DNA of 43,204 nt from Candidatus Kaiserbacteria bacterium. GTDB lineage: Bacteria; Patescibacteriota; Minisyncoccia; Phycocordibacterales; Phycocordibacteraceae. A program made the translations under genes and the position numbers. Shown here piece after piece: positions 8,441 to 16,267 of this stretch (positions are counted from its first letter, which is position 1; every line of letters begins with the position of its first letter). The stretch spans positions 1 through 43,204 of the forward strand of contig JAHFMT010000003.1 of the NCBI GenBank assembly GCA_023267735.1. The letters are read 5' to 3'. The notes below the pieces were generated by a model, which saw only the letters and a program-made list of their open reading frames with translations, did no database searches and was not told where the DNA came from.

Positions 8441-8767
8441 ATGTCATCACCTACTCATCTCTTACGCACACTCCGTACAAAGTCTGATGCAGAAAAGAAG
8501 CGCATCACTATGATCGCATCAGGGGGACTCACCGTACTTATCGCGCTGTTTTGGATAACGGCAAGTCTTTCCTCGGGCACCTTTGCCGTTACCTCTCCTT
8601 CCGCAGCGAAAAAAACTAACACGCCTTCTGCGGCAACTGGCCTTGCAGGTGCGGGCGCGGCACTCTTTGTGCCAGACACCTCAGCACCACGTCTTGAGGC
8701 GGTATCGCCAGAGACTCCTACTGAGGAACCGAAGGTAGAGGAGACGCCTACCGTTATTCCGTTCTAG
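8441..8767 (+). CDS. Hypothetical single-pass membrane protein
   Basis: 108 aa with a basic N-terminus, one TM helix (GGLTVLIALFWITASL) and an Ala/Pro/Thr/Glu-rich tail. It is tightly packed between the MBL gene and gyrA. Confidence 0.5.
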   Translation: MSSPTHLLRTLRTKSDAEKKRITMIASGGLTVLIALFWITASLSSGTFAVTSPSAAKKTNTPSAATGLAGAGAALFVPDTSAPRLEAVSPETPTEEPKVEETPTVIPF

Positions 8768-8773
8768 TTTTCC

Positions 8774-11251
8774 ATGGCTCGAGCAAAGCAAACACCACCA
8801 GAAGGGGAGGCGCAGCCTGTAAAGGAGAACGTCATTGCGCAGTCTATTAGTGCAGAGATGCGTACGTCGTATCTGGACTACGCCATGTCCGTGATTACCT
8901 CACGTGCACTGCCAGATGTGCGCGATGGTCTTAAGCCAGTGCACCGCCGCATTCTCTTTTCCATGCGTCAGAATGGGCTTACCGCTTCCGCAAAGTTTCG
9001 TAAGTCAGCAACCGTAGTGGGAGATGTGATTGGTTCGTACCACCCGCACGGCGACGTCGCAGTGTATGACGCGTTGGTAAAACTTGCACAGCCATTTGGT
9101 ACGCGCTATCCACTCATTCTTGGTCAGGGTAACTTCGGTTCCGTAGACGGTGACCCACCAGCTGCATACCGCTATACCGAAGCAAAGATGGCACGTCTTG
9201 CTGAAGAGCTGCTTGAAGATCTTGAAAAAGATACGGTGGAGTGGGCACCGAACTATGATGCGACAAAGCAGGAGCCACGTGTGCTTCCTGCGGCTGTACC
9301 AAACGTGCTTCTTAACGGTGCACTGGGTATTGCGGTGGGTATGGCAACCAACATGCCACCACACAATCTTCGTGAAGTGGTTGCTGCAACAACACATCTT
9401 ATTGATACGCCAGACGCTACTACGGAAGACCTTCTCCAGTTTGTAAAAGGTCCAGACTTTCCGCTCGGTGGTATTGCCTTTAATCAGGCAGACATTCGTC
9501 ACGCATATACCAACGGCAAGGGTGGTGTGGTAGTGCGCGGTGATGCAGAGATAGTGGACGATGGAAAGAAAGACTCAAAGATTGTCATTACTTCTATCCC
9601 ATACCGTGTTAATAAGGCAGACCTCATTACGCGCGTTGCTGAGCTGGTACAGGACAAGAAGCTTGAAGGCATTCGTGATATTCGCGATGAATCCACTGAT
9701 GACATTCGTGTGGTCATTGAGCTGAAATGCACCGCACATCCGCAAGCAGTATTGAATGCGCTCTACAAGCACACCGAGCTTGAAAGCACCTTCCACTACA
9801 ACATGCTTGCGCTGGTTGATGGGGAACCAAAGACTCTTTCGTTGAAGGGTATTCTTGAGCAGTTCATCATGCACCGTCGTCTGGTGGTGCGTCGCCGTAC
9901 CGAGTTTGATTTGAAGAAGGCAAAAGACCGTGAGCATATCTTGCTCGGTCTTTCTAAGGCACTTGATCACATTGAAGAAATCATTGCGATCATTAAGAAA
10001 TCTGCAGATGTTGCGGAAGCATCGCTCGCACTCCAGAAGAAGTTTAAGTTCTCTGAAATACAGGCTGCCGCAATTCTTGAAATGCGTCTCTCAAAGCTTG
10101 CTGGTCTTGAGCGCAAGAAGATTGAAGATGAGCTTGAGGAGGTTGGCAAACTTATTGCGTCTCTTGAGAAGTTGCTCTCCTCTGAAAAGAACATTCTTGG
10201 GGTCATCAAGAGCGAGCTCTCTGGGATTGCTGAGAAGTATGGCGATGATCGTCGTACCAGAATCGTGAAAGGTGGGGTGCAGAATATTTCGGTAGAGGAC
10301 TTGGTGCCTGATGAGGAATCAATGCTTGTCCTCACCTATGGTGGGTACGTGAAGCGCACCAACCCAGATGAGTACCGTCGTCAGAAGCGTGGGGGAGTGG
10401 GAGTCGTTGATATTGCGACAAAGGAAGAGGATGTAGTGACCCACATGCTCTCAGCATCAGCACATGCTGACCTCCTCTTCTTTACTGATTTTGGTAAGGC
10501 ATACCAGTTGAAGATGTACGAGATCCCAGAAGGAAAGCGTGCAACCAAGGGCAAGAGCATTATGAACTTCTTGGCGCTCGCAGGAGACGAACGCGTGACG
10601 AGTGTATTGTCAGTGCCTAAGGGTGCCGCGCTTGATGCGTCATCGGTAGTATTTGTAACAGGAGAAGGTGTGGTAAAGCGTGTGGCGGCAAAAGCCTTTA
10701 GTGACGTGCGTCGCTCAGGCATCATTGCCATCAACCTAAAGGGAGACGACAAGCTGGTATCAGCAAGTCTTGCACAAGATGGTGATACGGTATCGCTCGT
10801 CTCCGCGAAGGGTCAGTCCATCCGCTTTGAGGTAGAAGACGCCCGTGAGATGGGACGTACCGCAGGTGGGGTGCGTGGTATGGGCGTTAAGAAGGGAGAC
10901 CGGGTCGTATCTGCTGAGGTTATCCCTGCAGCAAGCGCTAAAGATGCCGCATTGCTCGTCGTGATGAGTAAGGGATACGGCAAACACACGCCTATTGATG
11001 AATACAAGGTACAGGGTCGTGGTGGCTCAGGTATTAAGACCGCAGAGGTAACCGCAAAGACCGGTGACATCATCGGTGCAAAAATACTTGTAGGTGACTT
11101 TAAGGAAGATGAGGTAGTCATTGTCTCCAAGAAGGGTCAGGTGATTCGCACCTCGCTCGGTGAGATTCCGTCACTCTCTCGTGCCACCCAGGGTGTACGC
11201 GTGATGAAGCTCTACGAAGGTGACGCTATCGCATCCATGGTTGCGGTCTAG
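8774..11251 (+). CDS. gyrA: DNA gyrase subunit A
   Basis: 825 aa with [26 protein letters not shown], the quinolone-resistance-region segment [14 protein letters not shown], and C-terminal beta-pinwheel repeats. Confidence 0.97.
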   Translation: MARAKQTPPEGEAQPVKENVIAQSISAEMRTSYLDYAMSVITSRALPDVRDGLKPVHRRILFSMRQNGLTASAKFRKSATVVGDVIGSYHPHGDVAVYDALVKLAQPFGTRYPLILGQGNFGSVDGDPPAAYRYTEAKMARLAEELLEDLEKDTVEWAPNYDATKQEPRVLPAAVPNVLLNGALGIAVGMATNMPPHNLREVVAATTHLIDTPDATTEDLLQFVKGPDFPLGGIAFNQADIRHAYTNGKGGVVVRGDAEIVDDGKKDSKIVITSIPYRVNKADLITRVAELVQDKKLEGIRDIRDESTDDIRVVIELKCTAHPQAVLNALYKHTELESTFHYNMLALVDGEPKTLSLKGILEQFIMHRRLVVRRRTEFDLKKAKDREHILLGLSKALDHIEEIIAIIKKSADVAEASLALQKKFKFSEIQAAAILEMRLSKLAGLERKKIEDELEEVGKLIASLEKLLSSEKNILGVIKSELSGIAEKYGDDRRTRIVKGGVQNISVEDLVPDEESMLVLTYGGYVKRTNPDEYRRQKRGGVGVVDIATKEEDVVTHMLSASAHADLLFFTDFGKAYQLKMYEIPEGKRATKGKSIMNFLALAGDERVTSVLSVPKGAALDASSVVFVTGEGVVKRVAAKAFSDVRRSGIIAINLKGDDKLVSASLAQDGDTVSLVSAKGQSIRFEVEDAREMGRTAGGVRGMGVKKGDRVVSAEVIPAASAKDAALLVVMSKGYGKHTPIDEYKVQGRGGSGIKTAEVTAKTGDIIGAKILVGDFKEDEVVIVSKKGQVIRTSLGEIPSLSRATQGVRVMKLYEGDAIASMVAV

Positions 11252-11275
11252 AGTGCCGATTGTTTTCCCTCATGA

Positions 11276-11306
11276 GATACCACGCGCCTAAAGGGCGCGT
11301 GGTATC
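11276..11306 (+). terminator. 13-bp perfect hairpin GATACCACGCGCC-TAAAG-GGCGCGTGGTATC after gyrA (no T-run)
   Basis: Read directly. The 3' arm contains TGgTATCGT, a candidate -10 for the next gene. Confidence 0.5.
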
Positions 11307-11314
11307 GTATAGGT

Positions 11315-11845
11315 ATGCATTTTGCTGATCCAAAAGCGAATATTCTCCAGATGGGTATGCGTGAAGGTATGAAGGTGGGCGACTTTGGTGTCGGCTCCGG
11401 TCACTATGCCATCGCGGCTGCAGGTATCGTAGGGCGTGATGGTAAGGTGTATGCCGTTGATGTGCAGGAAGATGTGTTGAAGCACGTGCGACATATGGCA
11501 GAGCGCGCACACCGCATGAATATTGATACAGTCTGGGGTGACATTGAAAAGCCGGGAGGTACCAAGTTACGCGATCAGTCCCTTGATGCGGTGATTCTCT
11601 CTAACGTACTTTTTCAGCTTGCGCAGGTTGATCGCGCACTTGCTGAGGCTAAGCGCACGTTAAAGTCAGGAGGAAAGTTACTCGTTGTTGATTGGGCGGG
11701 CTCGTATGGCGGTATGGGTCCTGCTCCTGAACATGTGGTGCAAGAACACAAAGCAGAGGAGTGGGTACTTGCCGCCGGGTTTCATAAACAGAAAGGGTTC
11801 CGGGCTGGGCCACACCATTACGGGCTTGTCTTTACCGCACCATGA
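11315..11845 (+). CDS. Class I SAM-dependent methyltransferase
   Basis: 176 aa with motif I VGDFGVGSGHYA and post-I/II regions VYAVDV and LKSGGKLLVVDW. Confidence 0.75.
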   Translation: MHFADPKANILQMGMREGMKVGDFGVGSGHYAIAAAGIVGRDGKVYAVDVQEDVLKHVRHMAERAHRMNIDTVWGDIEKPGGTKLRDQSLDAVILSNVLFQLAQVDRALAEAKRTLKSGGKLLVVDWAGSYGGMGPAPEHVVQEHKAEEWVLAAGFHKQKGFRAGPHHYGLVFTAP

Positions 11846-13134
11846 AAATCTCACTCTTCCAAATCATTGTTATAGGCGCATTCGTTGCTGCAGCAGGTAT
11901 CGGTCTCTTTGTCTTTGCAACGTATTCAGGATCATCAAACAACGCAAATACTGCACCGGTAGTTATTTGGGGAACGCTTCCTGCCTCTGCCTTTACCGCG
12001 ACGATACAGCAAGCAGGTAAGGATAGTGTGCTTGCGGTAGCGTCATATGTGCAGAAGCAGCCAGAGACGTTTGAGAGTGAGTATATCAATGCTGCTGCCA
12101 GTGGGAACGCACCAGATCTTCTGGTGGTCTCCTCAGATCAATTGCTTGGGCTGTGGCACACGCTGACGCCAATTTCATATGATGCGGTGCCAGAACGGAA
12201 TTTCCGCGATACCTTTATTGATGCCACAGACGTCCTTCTTGGTCCTGAAGGATTGTACGGCGTGCCGCTCGCCCTTGATCCGCTCGTGCTGTATTACAAC
12301 CGTCCGATGCTCGCCTCAGCAAATATTGCAGAGGCGCCACGAACCTGGGAAGAGGTTGCAGCACTGGTGCCAAAAATAGCCAGCGTCGATTCTCGTAAGG
12401 AGGTGGTGCGTGCGGCGGTAGCGCTTGGTGGCTATGGAAATATCGTAAATGCAAAAGAGATTATTGCTACGTTATTTATGCAGGCAGGCGTTCCGTTGGA
12501 GGAATCGTCACAGGGCGGTCCTAACGCTTCATTCTTTACGCGAACGGTTACCGGCGGTGATGTGCCCGCAGAAGCAGCACTACGCTATTACCTTGCCTTT
12601 GCAAACCCTGCACAAGACACCTATACGTGGAATGGAACACTGCCGTCCTCAAGAGCTTCTTTCTTAGGGGGTACGCTGGCACTCTATCTTGGTTTTGGTT
12701 CTGAGTATGCATCGTTGCGCCAAGGGAATCCAAACTTGTCCTTTGATATAGCGCGTATGCCGCAGCCAGGTACGGCAACGCTTCGTTCTACCTATGGAAA
12801 GGTATATGCGTTTGTGTTACCGAAAGCAAGCAAGAATCCAGCTGGTGCACTCACCGTTGCTCTTGCCTTTACCCCAAACGAAACTATGAAGGCGTTTGCG
12901 GATAATGTGGGAACTCTTGCACCAGTGCGCCGAGACCTTCTTTCGGCAAACACGAGTGATCCTATTGCTAGTGTGGTGTATAAAGATGCGCTGGTTGCGC
13001 GTGGATGGCTGTCCCCAAACGCCAGTGCGACGGATACCATATTTGGCGCTATGATTAGCAATGTGATAAGCGGCCGTACACGCATTATAGAGTCCCTTAC
13101 TACCGCTGAGCGAGCAATCTCCGCCGCATATTAA
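11842..13134 (+). CDS. Membrane-anchored extracellular solute-binding protein (ABC SBP family 1-like)
   Basis: 430 aa with an N-terminal TM anchor. VVIWGTLP...GNAPDLLVVSSDQL...GLYGVPLALDPLVLYYNRPML...APRTWEEV is typical of MalE-type SBPs. ATGA overlap with the methyltransferase gene. No permease or ATPase gene is adjacent. Confidence 0.7.
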   Translation: MKISLFQIIVIGAFVAAAGIGLFVFATYSGSSNNANTAPVVIWGTLPASAFTATIQQAGKDSVLAVASYVQKQPETFESEYINAAASGNAPDLLVVSSDQLLGLWHTLTPISYDAVPERNFRDTFIDATDVLLGPEGLYGVPLALDPLVLYYNRPMLASANIAEAPRTWEEVAALVPKIASVDSRKEVVRAAVALGGYGNIVNAKEIIATLFMQAGVPLEESSQGGPNASFFTRTVTGGDVPAEAALRYYLAFANPAQDTYTWNGTLPSSRASFLGGTLALYLGFGSEYASLRQGNPNLSFDIARMPQPGTATLRSTYGKVYAFVLPKASKNPAGALTVALAFTPNETMKAFADNVGTLAPVRRDLLSANTSDPIASVVYKDALVARGWLSPNASATDTIFGAMISNVISGRTRIIESLTTAERAISAAY

Positions 13135-13136
13135 TT

Positions 13137-13724
13137 ATGAAACATCTTCATCAAATTCCAGTGGTGGGCATCAGTGCCTTTCTATTCGTTTTTGGAATGC
13201 TGATATTCATGAATCATAGTACGGTTTCTGCCGCATACTCTCCTACTGGTGGCTTAAATCAAACGTGTGAAGGTAGAAGTCACGTATGCAACACAGGGCT
13301 TATTTGCAATCCAACAACGTTGAAGTGTGTAAGCGTATACGCAAGTACACCTATTACTGTAACTGGTACAGCTGGTGATACAGCTGGTGGTTCAAGTGCT
13401 GGCTCAGGTGGTACGCAAACATCGGCACCGACAAACTCTACTGGGAACGCTCTATGGAATGGAGGTGGATTAGATAACCCTCTTAACTCAAATAACCTTA
13501 CTGAGCTTTTGAGTGCTATTCTCGGATTCGTGCAAACCATCGGCGCGATATTTGTGGTGCTCATGCTTATTTGGACGGGCTTTAAGTTTGTGCATGCACA
13601 AGGCAACTCGACTGAACTTAAGAGTGCTCGCGAGAGTCTGTTGTGGACCGTAATCGGTGCGCTGATACTCCTGGGTGCAACTGCCATATCGCTTGGTATT
13701 GAGGCAACGGTAAAAAGTCTGTAG
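13137..13724 (+). CDS. Pilin-like two-TM protein paralog 1 (TrbC/VirB2-type architecture) with Cys-rich and Gly/Ser/Thr-rich N-terminal region
   Basis: 195 aa. It has a signal/TM segment, a four-Cys module (QTCEGRSHVCNTGLICNPTTLKCVS) and a G/S/T-rich linker. The C-terminal helix-loop-helix is IGAIFVVLMLIWTGFKFVHAQGNSTELKSARESLLWTVIGALILLGA. Confidence 0.55.
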   Translation: MKHLHQIPVVGISAFLFVFGMLIFMNHSTVSAAYSPTGGLNQTCEGRSHVCNTGLICNPTTLKCVSVYASTPITVTGTAGDTAGGSSAGSGGTQTSAPTNSTGNALWNGGGLDNPLNSNNLTELLSAILGFVQTIGAIFVVLMLIWTGFKFVHAQGNSTELKSARESLLWTVIGALILLGATAISLGIEATVKSL

Positions 13725-13726
13725 CC

Positions 13727-14041
13727 ATGACTCGTCTCATTCCACTACTTGTACTTGCGCTCTACATTGTCTTTCCGCATCCCGCTGAAGCAGCAGTTTC
13801 ATTCAAGGTTTTTGTGAGCATGCTTATTGGTGCGGCAAACAGCGCGGTCGTTCCGTTGCTGTTTGCCTTTGCCGTCTTGTTCTTTCTTTTCGGTGTATTT
13901 AAGTATTTCATCTTGGGCGGTGAATCAGAAAAAGATCGGGGAGAAGGGAAGAAGTTTATCTTGTGGGGTCTGCTTGCGTTGGCGTTGATGGTTTCAGCAT
14001 TTGGTCTAGTGCGCATCTTTATGAATACCTTTGGGTTATAA
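13727..14041 (+). CDS. Pilin-like two-TM protein paralog 2
   Basis: 104 aa. It has a signal peptide ending AEA, then VVPLLFAFAVLFFLFGVFKYFILGGESEKDRGEGKKFILWGLLALALMVSAFGLVRIFMNTFGL. This module is shared with paralogs 3-5. Confidence 0.6.
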   Translation: MTRLIPLLVLALYIVFPHPAEAAVSFKVFVSMLIGAANSAVVPLLFAFAVLFFLFGVFKYFILGGESEKDRGEGKKFILWGLLALALMVSAFGLVRIFMNTFGL

Positions 14042-14048
14042 TCTGCAT

Positions 14049-14546
14049 ATGAAGAAATACACCTTTGCGTTTGCGGTTGCTACTGGGTTGTTTGCTATAG
14101 CTCCTCTGGTTGCTCCGACAGTATCGCTTGCGGCGGCAGGCCCGGCGACTGCAGCTGAAACAACTTCCTCAGACTCGCTCTTGCCGTATTCTCCAAGCTA
14201 TCCAACGTCAAACACCAATACTTCTAATGCAGGGAAGGTGACTACAAATGCTCCTGCGGCCTCTGCAGATACTCTTTTTGGGTTAAAGGACACGATACTG
14301 ACGCTCATCAATGATGTGTTCGTACCGTTACTCTTTGCGATAGCGTTTCTGGTATTTATTTTTGGTGTGTACAAACACTTCATTCAAAATGGCGCGAGTG
14401 GTGATGAGAAGAATGAAGGCAAGAAGCTCATTCTGTATGGTCTTATTGGTTTTGCCGTGATGGTATCGGTGTGGGGGTTGGTTAATATTGTGACAGGAAC
14501 ATTCGGACTTGATAGTGGGGGAAGACCAGATTATCCGACACTCTAA
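14049..14546 (+). CDS. Pilin-like two-TM protein paralog 3 with Ser/Thr/Asn/Pro-rich linker
   Basis: 165 aa from ATG 14049, with a TATAAT -10 box ending 6 nt upstream. It has a signal peptide, a low-complexity linker, then FVPLLFAIAFLVFIFGVYKHFIQNGASGDEKNEGKKLILYGLIGFAVMVSVWGLVNIVTGTFGL. Confidence 0.6.
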   Translation: MKKYTFAFAVATGLFAIAPLVAPTVSLAAAGPATAAETTSSDSLLPYSPSYPTSNTNTSNAGKVTTNAPAASADTLFGLKDTILTLINDVFVPLLFAIAFLVFIFGVYKHFIQNGASGDEKNEGKKLILYGLIGFAVMVSVWGLVNIVTGTFGLDSGGRPDYPTL

Positions 14547-14642
14547 CAATCCCCACACCCGGCCTTGCGCACGGGTGGATGCGGTATAATAAGAGTACGT
14601 CTTAGCAAGTGATTTTCTAAGCGTTATCAATTTAACTACGGT

Positions 14643-15011
14643 ATGAAACAGAAACTTGCATATATTGGTGTGTCGTTCGCATTCCCATTTCTCGCACTTG
14701 CGGCGTCAATTAATGATATTGGTGATCTTGGCGATACCATTCTTGGGATAATTAACGGTACATTGGTTCCTCTGGTGTTTGCAATCGCATTCATCGTGTT
14801 TCTCTGGGGCGCATTCCAGACCTTTATTCAGGGAGCAAACGATGATGAGGTGAAGACTAAGGGTAGAAACCTCATGATGTGGAGCATTGTTGGTTTTGCC
14901 GTGATGGTTTCCATTTGGGGTCTCGTAAACATCCTCACCGGTACGTTTAGCGTTGGAAGTACACTGAACACCCCAACGAGTGGTGTAGGTGCACCTTTCC
15001 AAGTTAAGTAG
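14643..15011 (+). CDS. Pilin-like two-TM protein paralog 4
   Basis: 122 aa. It has a signal peptide, then LVPLVFAIAFIVFLWGAFQTFIQGANDDEVKTKGRNLMMWSIVGFAVMVSIWGLVNILTGTFSV. Confidence 0.6.
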   Translation: MKQKLAYIGVSFAFPFLALAASINDIGDLGDTILGIINGTLVPLVFAIAFIVFLWGAFQTFIQGANDDEVKTKGRNLMMWSIVGFAVMVSIWGLVNILTGTFSVGSTLNTPTSGVGAPFQVK

Positions 15012-15032
15012 TCTCTAGGTATTCGGTTTTTA

Positions 15033-15067
15033 CATACAGCCGCTGTCAAAAAGACAGCGGCTGTATG
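15033..15067. repeat. Perfect 15-bp-stem hairpin CATACAGCCGCTGTC-AAAAA-GACAGCGGCTGTATG between paralogs 4 and 5
   Basis: Read directly. There is no T-run. The 3' arm runs into TGcTATACT, a candidate -10 for paralog 5. Confidence 0.6.
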
Positions 15068-15081
15068 CTATACTCGCGTAT

Positions 15082-15348
15082 ATGTCTGAGCTTATTTGTA
15101 AGGTGGTTACGGAGATTATCAATCCGATCATCATACTTATCTCTGCAGGTGCATTTGTGTACTTCCTCTTTGGATTGGTGAAATTCTTGCAGACCTCCGC
15201 AGCAGGAGGTGACACGAAAGATGGCAAGAATCACATGATATGGGGCATTGTAGGCCTGGTCATTATCTTTGGTGCCTACGGAATTATAAACTTCGTGATT
15301 GGCACGTTTGGTATTACGCCAATAGGTCCTCTCAACTGCGCCGCGTAA
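15082..15348 (+). CDS. Pilin-like two-TM protein paralog 5 (no signal peptide)
   Basis: 88 aa. IINPIIILISAGAFVYFLFGLVKFLQTSAAGGDTKDGKNHMIWGIVGLVIIFGAYGIINFVIGTFGI carries the same helix, G/K-containing loop, W-G and TFG module. Confidence 0.55.
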   Translation: MSELICKVVTEIINPIIILISAGAFVYFLFGLVKFLQTSAAGGDTKDGKNHMIWGIVGLVIIFGAYGIINFVIGTFGITPIGPLNCAA

Positions 15349-15361
15349 TAACCCTTGTGTG

Positions 15362-15433
15362 AGGTCCGGGCGGGGATCGAACCCGCGCATCGCGGTTTTG
15401 CAGACCGCTGTGTTACCGCTTCACCACCGGACC
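15362..15433 (-). tRNA. tRNA-Cys (GCA)
   Basis: The reverse complement is GGTCCGGTGGTGAAGCGGTAACACAGCGGTCTGCAAAACCGCGATGCGCGGGTTCGATCCCCGCCCGGACCT. It has a 7-bp acceptor stem, anticodon loop CTGCAAA and T-loop GGTTCGATCC. No CCA is encoded. Confidence 0.9.
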
Positions 15434-15571
15434 AGTACTCCGATAGTACCATGATGGGTATATTTCAGCAGGAATAAGGCAATCCACAGAGGGTGTGGTA
15501 TGGGCTCTTTATTGCCCCTGCAGGGTGTTTAATTAAGGGGTGCGCCATTATACGTATATTCCGTATATCAA

Positions 15572-15802
15572 ATGAAATTCCTTCATATCATCGCCTTCAT
15601 CCTTGTGATTGTTGGCGGCATTAACTGGGGCTTGACCGCGTTCGGGTATAACCTCGTGGCACTCCTCGTTGGGGCATGGCCAACCGTAGAGATGATCGTG
15701 TATGTCCTTGTCGGACTTTCGGCGATCTATCTCCTCGTGACGCATAAGCGCTGCTGCAGTGAGTGCTCAGTGAAGTCTTCTTCGGCATCAATGTCGATGT
15801 AA
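15572..15802 (+). CDS. DUF378-family small membrane protein with Cys-rich tail
   Basis: 76 aa. IAFILVIVGGINWGLTAFGYNLVA...IVYVLVGLSAIYLL matches the DUF378 pattern. The tail is HKRCCSECS. Confidence 0.7.
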   Translation: MKFLHIIAFILVIVGGINWGLTAFGYNLVALLVGAWPTVEMIVYVLVGLSAIYLLVTHKRCCSECSVKSSSASMSM

Positions 15803-15823
15803 GTCAGGTGAGTGTGTGTACAC

Positions 15824-15853
15824 AAACGCCCCGGTATATCCGGGGCGTTTGAT
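15824..15853 (+). terminator. Intrinsic terminator AAACGCCCCGG-TATAT-CCGGGGCGTTT
   Basis: 11-bp perfect stem read directly, 22 nt after the DUF378 gene stop. Confidence 0.75.
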
Positions 15854-15872
15854 ATGGTACAAAGGAGACATT

Positions 15873-15958
15873 GCCGGGATGATGAAATCGGTAGCCATAG
15901 GGGACTTAAAATCCCCAGACTTTAATAGGTCGTGTGGGTTCGAGTCCCACTCCCGGCA
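15873..15958 (+). tRNA. tRNA-Leu (TAA), class II with long variable arm
   Basis: The fold is GCCGGGA..GGGGA-CTTAAAA-TCCCC..variable arm..GTGGGTTCGAGTCCCAC-TCCCGGC-A. No complete CCA is encoded. Confidence 0.9.
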
Positions 15959-15965
15959 CCGCAAA

Positions 15966-16004
15966 AACAATACAGCCAATGCAAGATGCATTGGCTGTAT
16001 TGTT
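15966..16004. terminator. Perfect 18-bp-stem hairpin (AACAATACAGCCAATGCA-AGA-TGCATTGGCTGTATTGTT) between convergent tRNA-Leu and tRNA-Lys
   Basis: Read directly. It is flanked by an A-run on the left and a T-rich stretch on the right, so it is likely a bidirectional terminator. Confidence 0.65.
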
Positions 16005-16021
16005 GTACTGAGAAACTTAGT

Positions 16022-16094
16022 GCGCCCACCAGGGCTCGAACCTGGGACCCACTGCTTAAGAGGCAGTTGCTCTACCAGCTGAGCTATAGGCGCG
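16022..16094 (-). tRNA. tRNA-Lys (CTT)
   Basis: The reverse complement is GCGCCTATAGCTCAGCTGGTAGAGCAACTGCCTCTTAAGCAGTGGGTCCCAGGTTCGAGCCCTGGTGGGCGCA. The anticodon loop is CTCTTAA. No CCA is encoded. Confidence 0.9.
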
Positions 16095-16142
16095 TATGTG
16101 TTTTATACCAGATAATTCACAAATTTGGTATAGTGCCCTGAC

Positions 16143-16224
16143 GGGCGAGTGGCGGAATTGGTATACGCGCATGGCTTAGGACCATGTCTCGCAAGAGGTG
16201 AGGGTTCAAGTCCCTCCTCGCCCA
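16143..16224 (+). tRNA. tRNA-Leu (TAG), class II
   Basis: The fold is GGGCGAG..CATGG-CTTAGGA-CCATG..variable arm..GAGGGTTCAAGTCCCTC-CTCGCCC-A. No CCA is encoded. Confidence 0.9.
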
Positions 16225-16231
16225 CCTATAC

Positions 16232-16263
16232 AAAAAGCTGGGTACACAGGTACCTAGCTTTTT
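16232..16263. terminator. Hairpin AAAAAGCTGGGTAC-ACAG-GTACCTAGCTTTTT between tRNA-Leu(+) and thrS(-)
   Basis: Read directly. It has one G-U pair and A/T runs on both sides, so it is likely bidirectional. Confidence 0.7.
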
Positions 16264-16267
16264 GCGT

